Of a stretch of 64,000 bases of DNA, positions 43,424 to 53,399 are shown one piece after another. The notes beneath the pieces are model-generated. The model searched no databases and was not told the origin of the DNA. It was given only the letters and a program-made list of their open reading frames with translations. Numbering within the stretch: the first letter of the stretch is position 1; each line of letters begins with the position of its first letter. The DNA is from Candidatus Omnitrophota bacterium (GTDB lineage: Bacteria; Omnitrophota; Gorgyraeia; Zapsychrales; JANLHA01). The stretch covers positions 34,509 through 98,508 of the forward strand of contig JAKLFA010000003.1 in the NCBI GenBank assembly GCA_022711395.1. Reading direction: 5' to 3'. Made by a program: the position numbers and the translations under genes.

Positions 43424-44200
43424 CTAAAAGATCACTTCATGCAGCCCAAAGACCGGCCCGTCATGGCAAACCGTCTTATAACCATTGACCGTGCGGACCA
43501 CGCATCCCAGGCAGGCCCCGATCCCGCAGGCCATGGCGGATTCACAGGACACTTCGCCCCGGATATTCTGCTCCCGGGCGAATTCCTGCACCGCGGCCAT
43601 CATCGCGTTAGGACCGCATGTATAGATCCAGGTCGCATTCGGGTCCCATGAAATATCGGAAAACAGCCTGGAAACCCTTCCTTTGACCCCGACGCTCCCG
43701 TCCTCCGTCGCGATCATGATGCGGCAGCGGTTGCGTTCCAGGTCATCCATGTTGAAGGTATGTTCAAAGGTCCGGGCCCCGTAAAGGAGCGTGAGCTTTA
43801 AGCCCTCATGCGCTTCCAGCGCATCCGTCAGGATCTGAAATGGAGCAACCCCGATCCCTCCGGCGATCATCACCACATGTTCAGTTCCCGATGGTGGAAG
43901 GCTGAATGGCTGGCCCAAAGGCCCCAGGACATCCAGCACATCACCGGACTTTTTCTGTGCCAGGACCTTGGTCCCCCGGCCCAGCACTTCATAAAACAAC
44001 TCCACCTCGCCGTTCAAGGCACGGTAAACACTGAAGGGCCGCCTTAAAAGAGGTTCTGTTCCCGCGCTGACGCGGATATTCACGAACTGCCCCGGCTCGA
44101 TCACCGAAGCCAGATCCGGCGCTTCCAAAACCAAATGTTTGAACTTCGGGCTCAAGTCCTGATTGATCTTTACTCTATAATGTCCCTGTAATTCTCTCAT
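43424..44200 (-). CDS. pyrK: Dihydroorotate dehydrogenase electron-transfer subunit
   Basis: FAD/NAD-binding ferredoxin-reductase-like fold (…MIAGGIGVAP…) and a C-terminal 2Fe-2S cysteine cluster CESAMACGIGACLGC...C. Confidence 0.8.
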   Translation of the reverse strand: MRELQGHYRVKINQDLSPKFKHLVLEAPDLASVIEPGQFVNIRVSAGTEPLLRRPFSVYRALNGEVELFYEVLGRGTKVLAQKKSGDVLDVLGPLGQPFSLPPSGTEHVVMIAGGIGVAPFQILTDALEAHEGLKLTLLYGARTFEHTFNMDDLERNRCRIMIATEDGSVGVKGRVSRLFSDISWDPNATWIYTCGPNAMMAAVQEFAREQNIRGEVSCESAMACGIGACLGCVVRTVNGYKTVCHDGPVFGLHEVIF

Positions 44201-44207
44201 GACCCTA

Positions 44208-45026
44208 TCACTGTTGACAGTTTGAACAAAAAAATGTGCTTCGCTGAGCTTGCACGGTCTTTCGGATTATTTCCCCGCAATCCGGACAAAGATCCCCTTC
44301 TTTCTGATAGACCCTGATCTTCTCCAAAAATCTTCCCTTGCGGCCCCGTCCATCCACATAAGTATTGACCGATGATCCCCGTAACCTTACGGCCTGTTTT
44401 AAGACCGACTTAACCGCTTCCCAAAGCCGCCTGATCTCCTCCGGCCGAAGCGAACGCGCCGGACGCCGGGGATCGATCCTGGCCTTAAAAAGGATCTCTG
44501 ACGCGTAAATATTTCCTATCCCGGCGATGAACGCGTGGTCCAACAACAACGGCTTAATAGGCCGTTGACTGCCGCTGATGCGTTCGCTCAGGACTTCGGC
44601 AGTAAATCCATCTGCCAGCGGTTCCGGGCCGAGGACGCGCAAATATTTAACCTCGGCCGTGTCCCGGATGATCTGCCAGCGGCCGAAGACCCTCTGGTCG
44701 TTGTAATAGAGCCGCTGGCCGTCCTCAAGATCCAGCACAATGCGGCAGGTCTTCGGTTCTAAATTTTCTGCCGAGATCACCAGCTGCCCGGTCATCATCG
44801 GCTGAATGACCAGCATATACGGCCCGCGGGCCAGTTCAAAGATCAACGCCTTTCCACGGCGCGTAATTTTCTTAAACGAATTCCCAACCAAGGTTTTTTT
44901 CAGGATATCCGGCGTCGCCGAACGGATCACCCGCCGGTCCCGGACCTCAACGCCTTTGATCCTTCGACCGAGGATCGCGGCGTTCAAGTCCCTGCAGATT
45001 GTTTCGACTTCCGGAAGTTCGGGCAT
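44208..45026 (-). CDS. mutM: Formamidopyrimidine-DNA glycosylase
   Basis: N-terminal MPELPEVE with the catalytic Pro2, an H2TH domain, and a C-terminal zinc finger CPDCGEIIRKTVQAQRSTFFCSNC. Confidence 0.85.
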   Translation of the reverse strand: MPELPEVETICRDLNAAILGRRIKGVEVRDRRVIRSATPDILKKTLVGNSFKKITRRGKALIFELARGPYMLVIQPMMTGQLVISAENLEPKTCRIVLDLEDGQRLYYNDQRVFGRWQIIRDTAEVKYLRVLGPEPLADGFTAEVLSERISGSQRPIKPLLLDHAFIAGIGNIYASEILFKARIDPRRPARSLRPEEIRRLWEAVKSVLKQAVRLRGSSVNTYVDGRGRKGRFLEKIRVYQKEGDLCPDCGEIIRKTVQAQRSTFFCSNCQQ

Positions 45027-45050
45027 AACGCTCTAGCATTCAGGCCGCTG

Positions 45051-45530
45051 TTATTCCTTGCCATCACGCTGGCTCAAACACTGCCGAATGGCCTGCGGCA
45101 ACTCGCTAAGGCCGCTAACCTTCACCATACCCTCGATATTCCAGCCGCCCAGGTCAATGACCGGGCGCTTATAAACAAAGGCATAAGAAATTTCACAACT
45201 GGTGCCGTAACTTCCCGGTAAAGCGATGAGAACATCTGCCGAGGCTGCTACCATAGCATTGCGGGCAAATCCGATGGTTGTGGGAAGGGCGATGTCAACG
45301 TAAGGGTTGGCATCAGACTTGGATTTGCCGGGAAGAAGTCCTATTGTCCATCCTCCCGCGCTTTTTGCTCCTTTACAGGCCGCCTCCATGACTCCTGAAA
45401 GGCCGCCACATACTAAAATACAATCCATTTTGGCAATGATCTCGCCAACTTTATGGGCCAAGCTCTCCACTTCGGCTGTGCAGTCATGGCCGCCAATTAC
45501 AGAGATCGTTGTCTTTTTTGAGTTTTCCAT
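45051..45530 (-). CDS. TIGR00725-family / LOG-like Rossmann-fold protein
   Basis: ISVIGGHDC...ILVCGGLSGVMEAACKGAKSAGG...PGSYGT is typical of the TIGR00725 family. Confidence 0.6.
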   Translation of the reverse strand: MENSKKTTISVIGGHDCTAEVESLAHKVGEIIAKMDCILVCGGLSGVMEAACKGAKSAGGWTIGLLPGKSKSDANPYVDIALPTTIGFARNAMVAASADVLIALPGSYGTSCEISYAFVYKRPVIDLGGWNIEGMVKVSGLSELPQAIRQCLSQRDGKE

Positions 45531-45700
45531 TTGCTAAGAAAATTGGCCTGAATTTTCGCAAAGTCACGCCACAAACACAACATTTTTCAAAAATCTATGG
45601 GCTTAACATTCCACTTTAATAAAAATCGGTCTTTTGGATAAATTTTATAATTTTTAAGCATTTTTACATTATCAGATCCATGCTCTCCACATGAAATCAA

Positions 45701-45772
45701 AGGCCCCGTCGGGAATCGAACCCGAACCACAGGAACCGGAGTCCTGGACTCTATCCATTAAGCTACGGGGCC
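45701..45772 (-). tRNA. tRNA-Arg (anticodon CCG)
   Basis: Reverse complement: GGCCCCGTAGCTTAATGGATAGAGTCCAGGACTCCGGTTCCTGTGGTTCGGGTTCGATTCCCGACGGGGCCT. Anticodon stem CAGGA/TCCTG with loop CTCCGGT, and T-arm TCGGG-TTCGATT-CCCGA. The discriminator base appears to be U, so the ends are uncertain by plus or minus 1. Confidence 0.7.
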
Positions 45773-45780
45773 TTAACCAT

Positions 45781-45864
45781 CGAAAACGGAAAACCAAAAA
45801 CAGCTTACGGATAAACCCTCAAACCTTCTCCGCACTCCGTTTTCCGCGCTCCGTTATCTATTTT
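45781..45864. repeat. Octamer-array inverted element K. CGAAAACG-GAAAACCA-AAAACAGC-TTACGGAT-AAACCC, spacer, CTCCGCAC-TCCGTTTT-CCGCGCTC-CGTTATCT. It abuts the pyrC stop codon and lies just upstream of tRNA-Arg.
   Basis: Read directly. Same unit family as element E. Confidence 0.6.
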
Positions 45865-47142
45865 TCATCTCTCAAAGACCACTTTGCCGCCACAGATCGT
45901 TTTTTCGACCAAACCGTGCAACTTCCATCCAAAGAACGGAGAGTTCTTTCCCTTGGAAACAAAATCCTCTTTGCGAACCTCCCATTCAGCCTCAGTATCA
46001 ACGATCACCAGATCAGCATCGGCGCCCTCTTCGATCCTGCCTTTATTTTTAAGGCCGGCAATTCGCGCGGGGGATTGGCACATTTTATCCACTAAACCGG
46101 CCAAAGTCAAAACCTTTGTGCGGACCAGATGGGTCACGCAAAGACCGAACGCTGTTTCAAATCCGGAAATGCCAAACGGCGCGTGATCAAACCCCTCTTC
46201 TTTATCCTCCAGCGTGTGCGGGGCATGGTCCGTTGAAACGCAGTCCAGCGTCCCATCGGCCAGCGCCGCCTTGATCGCCTCCACATCGTCCGCCGTCCGC
46301 AAAGGCGGATTGACCTTGGTGTTGGGATCAAAGCCCTTCACCGCCTCATCGGTCAGCGTGAAATGATGCGGACAGGCTTCCGCCGTGACCCTGACGCCCT
46401 GGGACTTGGCGAAGCGGATCAATTCACAGCTGCGTTTTAAGCTGATGTGGGACAGATGGATCCTCGCCTGCACATAATTGGCCAGTTCGATATCCCGTCC
46501 GACTATCACGGTCTCAGAAACGCCCGGGTCCCCGCGCATTCCCAGGACACTGGCGGTTAAACCTTCATTCATCACGCCCTTGCCGCTGATCAAAGGGTCC
46601 TGGCAATGTTCCATCAAAAGAAGCCCGACCATATCGGCGTAACGTAAGGCCAAAAGCATCAGCTGGCTGTTATTGACCGCCTTCCCGTCGTCGGAAAGAG
46701 CCAGGCATCCGGCGGCCTTCATTTCATACATGTCCACCATTTCCTGGCTGTTCTGCCCTTTGGAGATCGCGCCCACAGGATACACGTTCGCCAGCCCGAC
46801 GCGCCTGGCCTCCTTGATCACGCCCTCCACGATCATCCCATTATCGATCGGAGGCCTGGTGTTGGGCATACAGAACAAAGACGTAAACCCGCCCTTGACC
46901 GCCGCCCGGCAGCCCGTCTCGATCGTTTCCTTATGCTCCTGACCGGGCTCACGCAAATGACAATGCAGGTCGATAAACCCCGGCAGGACCTTTTTCCCGG
47001 AGGCATCCACGACCTTCACGCCATCCGCGGAAAGATCCTTGCCGATCTTTTCGATCGTCGAGCCCTTGATCAAAATATCCTGAGATGCCTTTTTTTCACC
47101 GTCGGCATTAACGATCACAGCGTTCTTGATGAGTAATGACAT
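45865..47142 (-). CDS. pyrC: Dihydroorotase
   Basis: 425 aa amidohydrolase. Metal ligands DLHCHLREPG and ...DHAPH..., plus the carboxylated-Lys region. Confidence 0.85.
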   Translation of the reverse strand: MSLLIKNAVIVNADGEKKASQDILIKGSTIEKIGKDLSADGVKVVDASGKKVLPGFIDLHCHLREPGQEHKETIETGCRAAVKGGFTSLFCMPNTRPPIDNGMIVEGVIKEARRVGLANVYPVGAISKGQNSQEMVDMYEMKAAGCLALSDDGKAVNNSQLMLLALRYADMVGLLLMEHCQDPLISGKGVMNEGLTASVLGMRGDPGVSETVIVGRDIELANYVQARIHLSHISLKRSCELIRFAKSQGVRVTAEACPHHFTLTDEAVKGFDPNTKVNPPLRTADDVEAIKAALADGTLDCVSTDHAPHTLEDKEEGFDHAPFGISGFETAFGLCVTHLVRTKVLTLAGLVDKMCQSPARIAGLKNKGRIEEGADADLVIVDTEAEWEVRKEDFVSKGKNSPFFGWKLHGLVEKTICGGKVVFER

Positions 47143-47180
47143 GTCGCTAAACTCCTCTTATAAAATTAAATTGCGATCAA

Positions 47181-48103
47181 CTATCGTTGCGCCCCCGCCA
47201 AAAGATACAGCACCGCCATGCGCACCGCCACGCCATTGGTGACCTGGTCCAGGATCACCGACCGGGGATCGTCCGCGACCTCGGCGGTCAATTCCACCCC
47301 CCTGTTGGTCGGGCCCGGATGCATGATCACGACATTCTTCTTCGCCTTCTTCAAACGTTCAGGGCCGACCCCGAAGACCTGCGCGTATTCACGGATGGAA
47401 GGCAGGAACTGCTCTTCCTGGCGCTCGCGCTGAAGCCGCAAAAATATCAGCACATCGCTTTCCGCGACCACATCATCCACGCAATAGGTCTTTCGCGCGC
47501 CCATCTGCTCGATCCCGATCGGGATCAGGGTCGACGGGCCGCAAACCGTGACCTGGGCTCCCATTTTTGTCAACCCCACAATATTGGAACGGGCCACCCT
47601 GGAGTGCAGAATGTCGCCGATGATCCCGACTTTCAGGCCTTCGATCCTTCCCAGCTTTTCCCGGATGGTGAACATGTCGAGCAGCGCCTGCGTGGGATGC
47701 GCGCGGCACCCGTCGCCCGCGTTGATGATCGAAGAGCTCAAATGGTCCGCCAGGATCTTGGGAACACCGGCCGATTTATGCCTCACCACGATCATGTCCA
47801 CGTTCATGGCCTCGATATTGCGCGCCGTATCCAGGACCGACTCCCCCTTGGAAAGGGAACTGGCGCTCGCCGAAATATTCAGCGTGTCCGCCGACAAACG
47901 TTTGGCGGCCAGCTCAAACGAGATCCTGGTCCGCGTCGACGGCTCAAAAAACAGCATGACAACGGTCTTGCCGCGCAGGGCCGGGACCTTCTTGACGTCA
48001 CGCGTGGAGACCTCTTTGAACGATTTTGCCGTCTCCAGGATCAGCTCGATCTCCGCCCTGGACAAGTCCTGCAGATCAAAAAGATCGTGTCTCTTCCACT
48101 CCA

Positions 48104-48104
<1 letters not shown>
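47181..48104 (-). CDS. pyrB: Aspartate carbamoyltransferase catalytic subunit
   Basis: Carbamoyl-phosphate-binding motif STRTR, and the HPGP / HCLP-like region (IMHPGP). Confidence 0.9.
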
Positions 48105-48667
<563 letters not shown>

Positions 48668-48694
48668 TCAATATCCAAAAGCCCGCACGCGGAC

Positions 48695-48729
48695 AAAAAA
48701 AATGCCCGCTTCCTTCGAAGAAAGCGAGC
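48695..48729 (-). terminator. Leader terminator of a probable PyrR-dependent attenuator. Hairpin GCUCGCUUUCUUC / GAAGGAAGCGGGC followed by U8, about 40 nt upstream of the pyrR start codon.
   Basis: Base pairing was checked by hand: 11-13 bp including two G-U pairs, with a TCGA-type loop. A candidate PyrR-binding loop AUCCAAUGAGAUUG (compare the consensus UCCAGAGAGGCU) lies about 50 nt further upstream, and a possible antiterminator AGCUU...AAGCU overlaps the 5' arm. Confidence 0.5.
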
Positions 48730-48952
48730 TTCTATACATCACAAGCTGAAAATTTTTAAAATTTTTCAATCTCATTGGATCCTTTACGGCCTCACAGGAC
48801 CGCTTTAAAGGTTGTATATTGATGCAAATATAGCACTTCCGATGCCATCTGTCAAGCAAATGAAAAATCCGCTTCACGAAAAGAAAACGCTTCCTAAATA
48901 AGTGGATTCGGAATTGAAGTCAAAATCGTTATATACTATACTCATATTAACT

Positions 48953-51250
48953 ATGAAACGCTTTCTACTTATATGTATTTTAATTCTAGGGGTTACACAC
49001 AACGCGTCATCCCAAACGACCCCGAGCACTCTTCGCATCAGGTCATATTATCCCGTTCCTAATATAAGTTTTTATCAATTCCTTCTTTCCCCTATTCTGG
49101 AGCAAACGGGCCTTCCCTGCCCGATCGGGACATTCTACAATAACACGGATGACGGCAACCGATTGTATTATTGCCGCGACTCCGGAGCGGGAGTTCCCAT
49201 ATCAAAATGGGACCCCCTGCCTGAGGTCTGGCTCGAGAATCAGGACGAGCCGGACATTTTGATCTACCCCGCGGACCAAACGAACCCCCAGGCAAAAAAG
49301 ATCGGGATCGGAACAAGCACCCCCGCTTTTAAACTGACCCTGGAACACAACGCCGGGATCTTGGCAAAAGGGGCGTTTAACTCGGCCACGGCTCCCACAC
49401 ACATGCCGCTTTCAGACGGCGCCTATTTCATCTGGTGGACCAAAAAGGCCGCCCTGCGGGCCGGAACGGTCAATTACAACTATAACGACGGGGTTGGCGT
49501 CGAAACTGATGAGCCAAACCGCACGGCATGGGACCCCACCCTTATCGGCAGCCATTCGGTCGCGTTCGGTTACAATACCCGCGCGGTCGGCAACAGATCC
49601 GTTGTGGCGTCCGGCGCGAACAACCGGATCGGAGAATACAACAATGAAAATCCCGATCCGACGCCGTACTGCGGCCCGTATTCCACGATCGCCGGCGGAG
49701 AAAGCAATCAAACAAACCTCGGGAACGCTTTTCTTACCATCGGCGGCGGTCAATACCACAATCTGGGAGGATATCTCAACTCAGGCCTGTCCTGCTCAAG
49801 CGGGGCGACCTATGAATTTGTCGGGGGAGGCCGGGGATATATCCTTGGAAAAAACTACACGACGATCATCGGCGGCGAAGGAAACTATTACCCCACGTCC
49901 GAACACACTATTCCTGGCCCTTACAATTCGATCGGGGGCGGCTCGTTAACAGGCGCAAGCCAAAACTTTGACGCGATCTCTTTTTTGACCTCTGTCGGCG
50001 GGAAGAACCATCAGATCAATCCTTCAAGCGCGCACTACGGGACAGTCGCCGGAGGGGCCAGCCACTCTCTGGCCGGACAATACAGTTTTATCGGAGGCGG
50101 GCTAGCAAACTCCACGACCGGAGACTTTGCCGTTATAGCCGGCGGACAGGGCAACTCCGCCGCCAGCTACTCCAGTGTTTTGGGGGGATCCGCTAACCTG
50201 GCCACCGGAAATTTCAGCACGATACTGGGCGGGCAGAACATGCGCGCCTACGGTACCTATTCTTCTTCCGGAGGCGGTTACTCCAGCCAAAGCCTGGCCC
50301 CGTATTCATTTGTCGGCGGGGGTTATTTAAACCGCGTTCTAGCGCTCTCCAATGAAAGCGCCATCATTTCCGGGTATTACAATTTGATCCAGCACGACGC
50401 GAACTCATCGGGACAGAATTCCTTTATCGGCGGCGGGCAACAAAACACGATCACAGGCAATTTTTCCGCGGTCCCGGGAGGCCGGACGAACACCGTCTCC
50501 TCCAACCATTCACTGGCGATCGGCTGGAACATGAGGGTCAATTCCGATAACACCTTCGCCTTTGGAGCGCCATCCGTGACGGTGGACATCAACGCGCCGG
50601 ACTCTTTCATTGTCTACGCCACCACCGGAACGCCCGCCGTGGATACCAGAGTCGGGATCGGCACGGCCTCTCCATCGGAAAGGCTGCATGTAAAAGATGG
50701 ACATATCCGAATCGAAAACGGTTCCCTGATCATTGAGCATCCTCCGGTAGGACTCCCTTCGCCGAGCCCTCTGGTGCGGGATGACACGACCGGGGCCATT
50801 GGTTTTGACCTGGCCGAACGCTTCCCGGTCTCAGAGGAAGCGCAAAGCGGTGATGTGATGGTCGTGGACGCGGATTCTGAAACCGTTGCGTTGCGCCGAA
50901 GTTCTCAATCCTACGACAAAAGAGTGGTCGGCGTTGTCTCGTTCGCTCCGGCGATGGTCTTGAGCAGTGAGACCCTGGAAATGACCTCCGGCGCCAAACT
51001 CGCGGACAGCAAAGACCTTCCCATCGCGTTAAGCGGACGGGTTCTCTGCAAAGTCTCTCTGGAAAACGGACCGATCTCCTATGGGGATCTTTTAACGACA
51101 TCGTCTCTGCCCGGGCACGCGATGAAGGCCGATCGCGCGACATCATTCGGCACAGTGATCGGAAAGGCTCTGGAACCTTTCCCGGCGGAAGACGGCAACA
51201 CGGACCAAACACAAACAGGGGCTATCCTGATCATGGTGACCCTGCAATAA
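48953..51250 (+). CDS. Secreted fibrous beta-repeat protein, paralog 1. YadA-head / Hep_Hag / tail-fibre-like GGxN repeats with conserved N- and C-terminal modules.
   Basis: Signal peptide MKRFLLICILILGVTHNASSQ. N-terminal Cys pair (LPCPIGTFYNNTDDGNRLYYC). Two GIGT(S/A)xPxxKL collar motifs (IGIGTSTPAFKLTL; VGIGTASPSERLHV). About 350 aa of repeats such as YSFIGGGLANSTTGDFAVIAGGQGNSAASYSSVLGGSANLATGNFSTILGG. Conserved C-terminal ...GDLLTTSSLPGHAMKA...VIGKALEPF...ILIMVTLQ. The track ORF starts at a GTG at 48902; the ATG at 48953 begins the signal peptide. Confidence 0.7.
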   Translation: MKRFLLICILILGVTHNASSQTTPSTLRIRSYYPVPNISFYQFLLSPILEQTGLPCPIGTFYNNTDDGNRLYYCRDSGAGVPISKWDPLPEVWLENQDEPDILIYPADQTNPQAKKIGIGTSTPAFKLTLEHNAGILAKGAFNSATAPTHMPLSDGAYFIWWTKKAALRAGTVNYNYNDGVGVETDEPNRTAWDPTLIGSHSVAFGYNTRAVGNRSVVASGANNRIGEYNNENPDPTPYCGPYSTIAGGESNQTNLGNAFLTIGGGQYHNLGGYLNSGLSCSSGATYEFVGGGRGYILGKNYTTIIGGEGNYYPTSEHTIPGPYNSIGGGSLTGASQNFDAISFLTSVGGKNHQINPSSAHYGTVAGGASHSLAGQYSFIGGGLANSTTGDFAVIAGGQGNSAASYSSVLGGSANLATGNFSTILGGQNMRAYGTYSSSGGGYSSQSLAPYSFVGGGYLNRVLALSNESAIISGYYNLIQHDANSSGQNSFIGGGQQNTITGNFSAVPGGRTNTVSSNHSLAIGWNMRVNSDNTFAFGAPSVTVDINAPDSFIVYATTGTPAVDTRVGIGTASPSERLHVKDGHIRIENGSLIIEHPPVGLPSPSPLVRDDTTGAIGFDLAERFPVSEEAQSGDVMVVDADSETVALRRSSQSYDKRVVGVVSFAPAMVLSSETLEMTSGAKLADSKDLPIALSGRVLCKVSLENGPISYGDLLTTSSLPGHAMKADRATSFGTVIGKALEPFPAEDGNTDQTQTGAILIMVTLQ

Positions 51251-53395
51251 ATGACGATGAAAAAACTTTTACTGACAATCTGCCTCCTGCTTTTGACGCG
51301 AACCGCGGCCGCTCAGACCATCCTCTTGAGCGAATACACCGTCTCGCCGCAAGCAAAATATCAACGCCTGATGCTGGTCCCCAGGGCAGAACTTGACGGC
51401 GGCCTCGGCTCAAGCTGCAGCGAGGACGGGACCCTCTATGTGAACAAAGACGACCAGAGCCTGCCGCATTTCTGCCTGAATGGCTCCTGGGGTTTCCTTT
51501 CCGGGATCTGGCAGCAAACCGGCGATATCATCTCTCTTTGGGACACATCCTCTCCGATAACAAAAATGGTCGGCATCGGAACCGCTTCTCCTTCTTTAAA
51601 ACTCACGCTGGATGTCGATGGCGGGATCTTCTCTCAAGGGACCTATGACCCCGCGAGTTTGTCTTTGGCGAACTTGCCAAATTTAAACCCCGGCCTTTAT
51701 TTCATCTGGTATCCCAAAAAAGCCGCTCTTTGGGCCGGAGAGTTCAACGCCGGTTCTTTCGCAAGCGGGCTGCTGGACTCTCATATCGGCAACTTCTCCG
51801 TCTCGTTCGGGTCGAACAATCTGGCCTCCGGATCCGGCAGCGGCGTCCTGGGAGGAAACCGCAACCGCGTTCTGTCCGGAGCGGATTATTCCGTGATCGT
51901 TTCAGGCCAGAACAACACGATCAACGCGAACTCTGATTACAACATCATTTCCGCCGGGCACGACAATCAGATCACCGGAAACCACAACTTTATCGGCGGC
52001 TGCGAGAATTGCGACCTTATTGGTGATTTTATAACGGTCTTAAGCGGATCGAGCAACGATATCGACGGGCGGTCCTCCAATTCATTCATCGGATCGGGCT
52101 ACAACAACGTTATCCATGGATTTAACCAAACCAAGGGCGCGGACACCCATAATGTGATCGCCACCGGGCAGGGGAATAGCATTTATGGCGGGTTGAACAC
52201 GATCACAGGCGGCATCAATAATTCGATCGGCCGAAGCACCGACACCTCCGCCACCCTTTATTCCTTTATCGGGTCCGGCGGCTCCAATCAGGTGGTCCAA
52301 TCCCCCTACTCCATGATCGGGTCCGGCTCCGAAAACTTTTGTTTAACGATCGCTTCGCATCAGACGATCATCAACGGTTCACTGAACCAGTCCAGCGGTC
52401 AATTTGCCACGATCGGAGGCGGACAGCAGAACGTTTTGGCTAACGGTCTACAAAATATCATAGCGGGCGGGTCAAACAATTCCATCGGCGCCGGATCCCA
52501 GCGCTCTTTTGTCAGCGGACACACCAACACGATCAGCGGCACTCTCCACTCTTCCGGCATTATCGGCGGAATGAACAACACGATCAATTCCTACTATGAT
52601 TTTATCGCGGGGAGCAATAATGTCGTGATCGGCGCCAACGATCAACACAACTCCGTCATCACCGGACAGGATATAACGGTCGACAGGTCCAACAATTTCA
52701 TCATGGGGACCAATATCAACCTTTCATCCAGCTACGCGTTCATCTGGGGACATTATTCCGAACCGGAAAATATCTCTTCAGCCAGCAACCATTTCATCAT
52801 CGGCACCGGAAACGTCGGCATCGGCACCCTAGATCCATCCGAAAGGCTTCATATCGTCGGCGACATGAAGATCTCGGACGGCAGCCTTTCGATCTCCGTG
52901 CCGGTATTGGACGCGACAGGACCCCAGTTAAAAAGAGAGGGCTCCACCGGAATGATCGGGCTCGACCTCGCCGAACGCTTCCTCTCTCAGGGGGAAGTGG
53001 ATCCCGGCGATATCCTGATCATCGCGGAAGACGGCCGCGTCCTGAAAAGCTCCCGGGCCTATGATCAACGCGTTATCGGCATTGTTTCACGCGCCCCCGG
53101 AGCGCTGCTGGAGGGAACACAGATGCAGTTTTCACCCGGCGGTATCACATTTACTGGAGGGGACAATCCTCCGGTGGCCCTTGCGGGAAGGGTCCACATC
53201 AAGGTGTCCCTGGAAAACGGCCCGATCGAGGCCGGCGACCTTTTGGCATCCTCATCATTGCCCGGGCACGCGATGCGCGCAGAGGATCCTGAAAGCGCCA
53301 GCCACGCGGTCGTGGCAAAAGCCCTGGAACGGTTCACTGGAGGGCCGGAGGGCCAGGAAACAGGAATGATTCAAGCGATCGTAACATTGAGATAA
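51251..53395 (+). CDS. Secreted fibrous beta-repeat protein, paralog 2.
   Basis: Signal peptide MKKLLLTICLLLLTRTAAAQ. Same architecture as paralog 1: SSCSEDGTLYVNKDDQSLPHFC, VGIGTASPSLKLTL, repeats, IGTLDPSERLHIVGD, and ...GDLLASSSLPGHAMRA...VVAKALERF...IQAIVTLR. The start codon immediately follows the paralog 1 stop codon. Confidence 0.7.
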   Translation: MTMKKLLLTICLLLLTRTAAAQTILLSEYTVSPQAKYQRLMLVPRAELDGGLGSSCSEDGTLYVNKDDQSLPHFCLNGSWGFLSGIWQQTGDIISLWDTSSPITKMVGIGTASPSLKLTLDVDGGIFSQGTYDPASLSLANLPNLNPGLYFIWYPKKAALWAGEFNAGSFASGLLDSHIGNFSVSFGSNNLASGSGSGVLGGNRNRVLSGADYSVIVSGQNNTINANSDYNIISAGHDNQITGNHNFIGGCENCDLIGDFITVLSGSSNDIDGRSSNSFIGSGYNNVIHGFNQTKGADTHNVIATGQGNSIYGGLNTITGGINNSIGRSTDTSATLYSFIGSGGSNQVVQSPYSMIGSGSENFCLTIASHQTIINGSLNQSSGQFATIGGGQQNVLANGLQNIIAGGSNNSIGAGSQRSFVSGHTNTISGTLHSSGIIGGMNNTINSYYDFIAGSNNVVIGANDQHNSVITGQDITVDRSNNFIMGTNINLSSSYAFIWGHYSEPENISSASNHFIIGTGNVGIGTLDPSERLHIVGDMKISDGSLSISVPVLDATGPQLKREGSTGMIGLDLAERFLSQGEVDPGDILIIAEDGRVLKSSRAYDQRVIGIVSRAPGALLEGTQMQFSPGGITFTGGDNPPVALAGRVHIKVSLENGPIEAGDLLASSSLPGHAMRAEDPESASHAVVAKALERFTGGPEGQETGMIQAIVTLR

Positions 53396-53399
53396 AGAC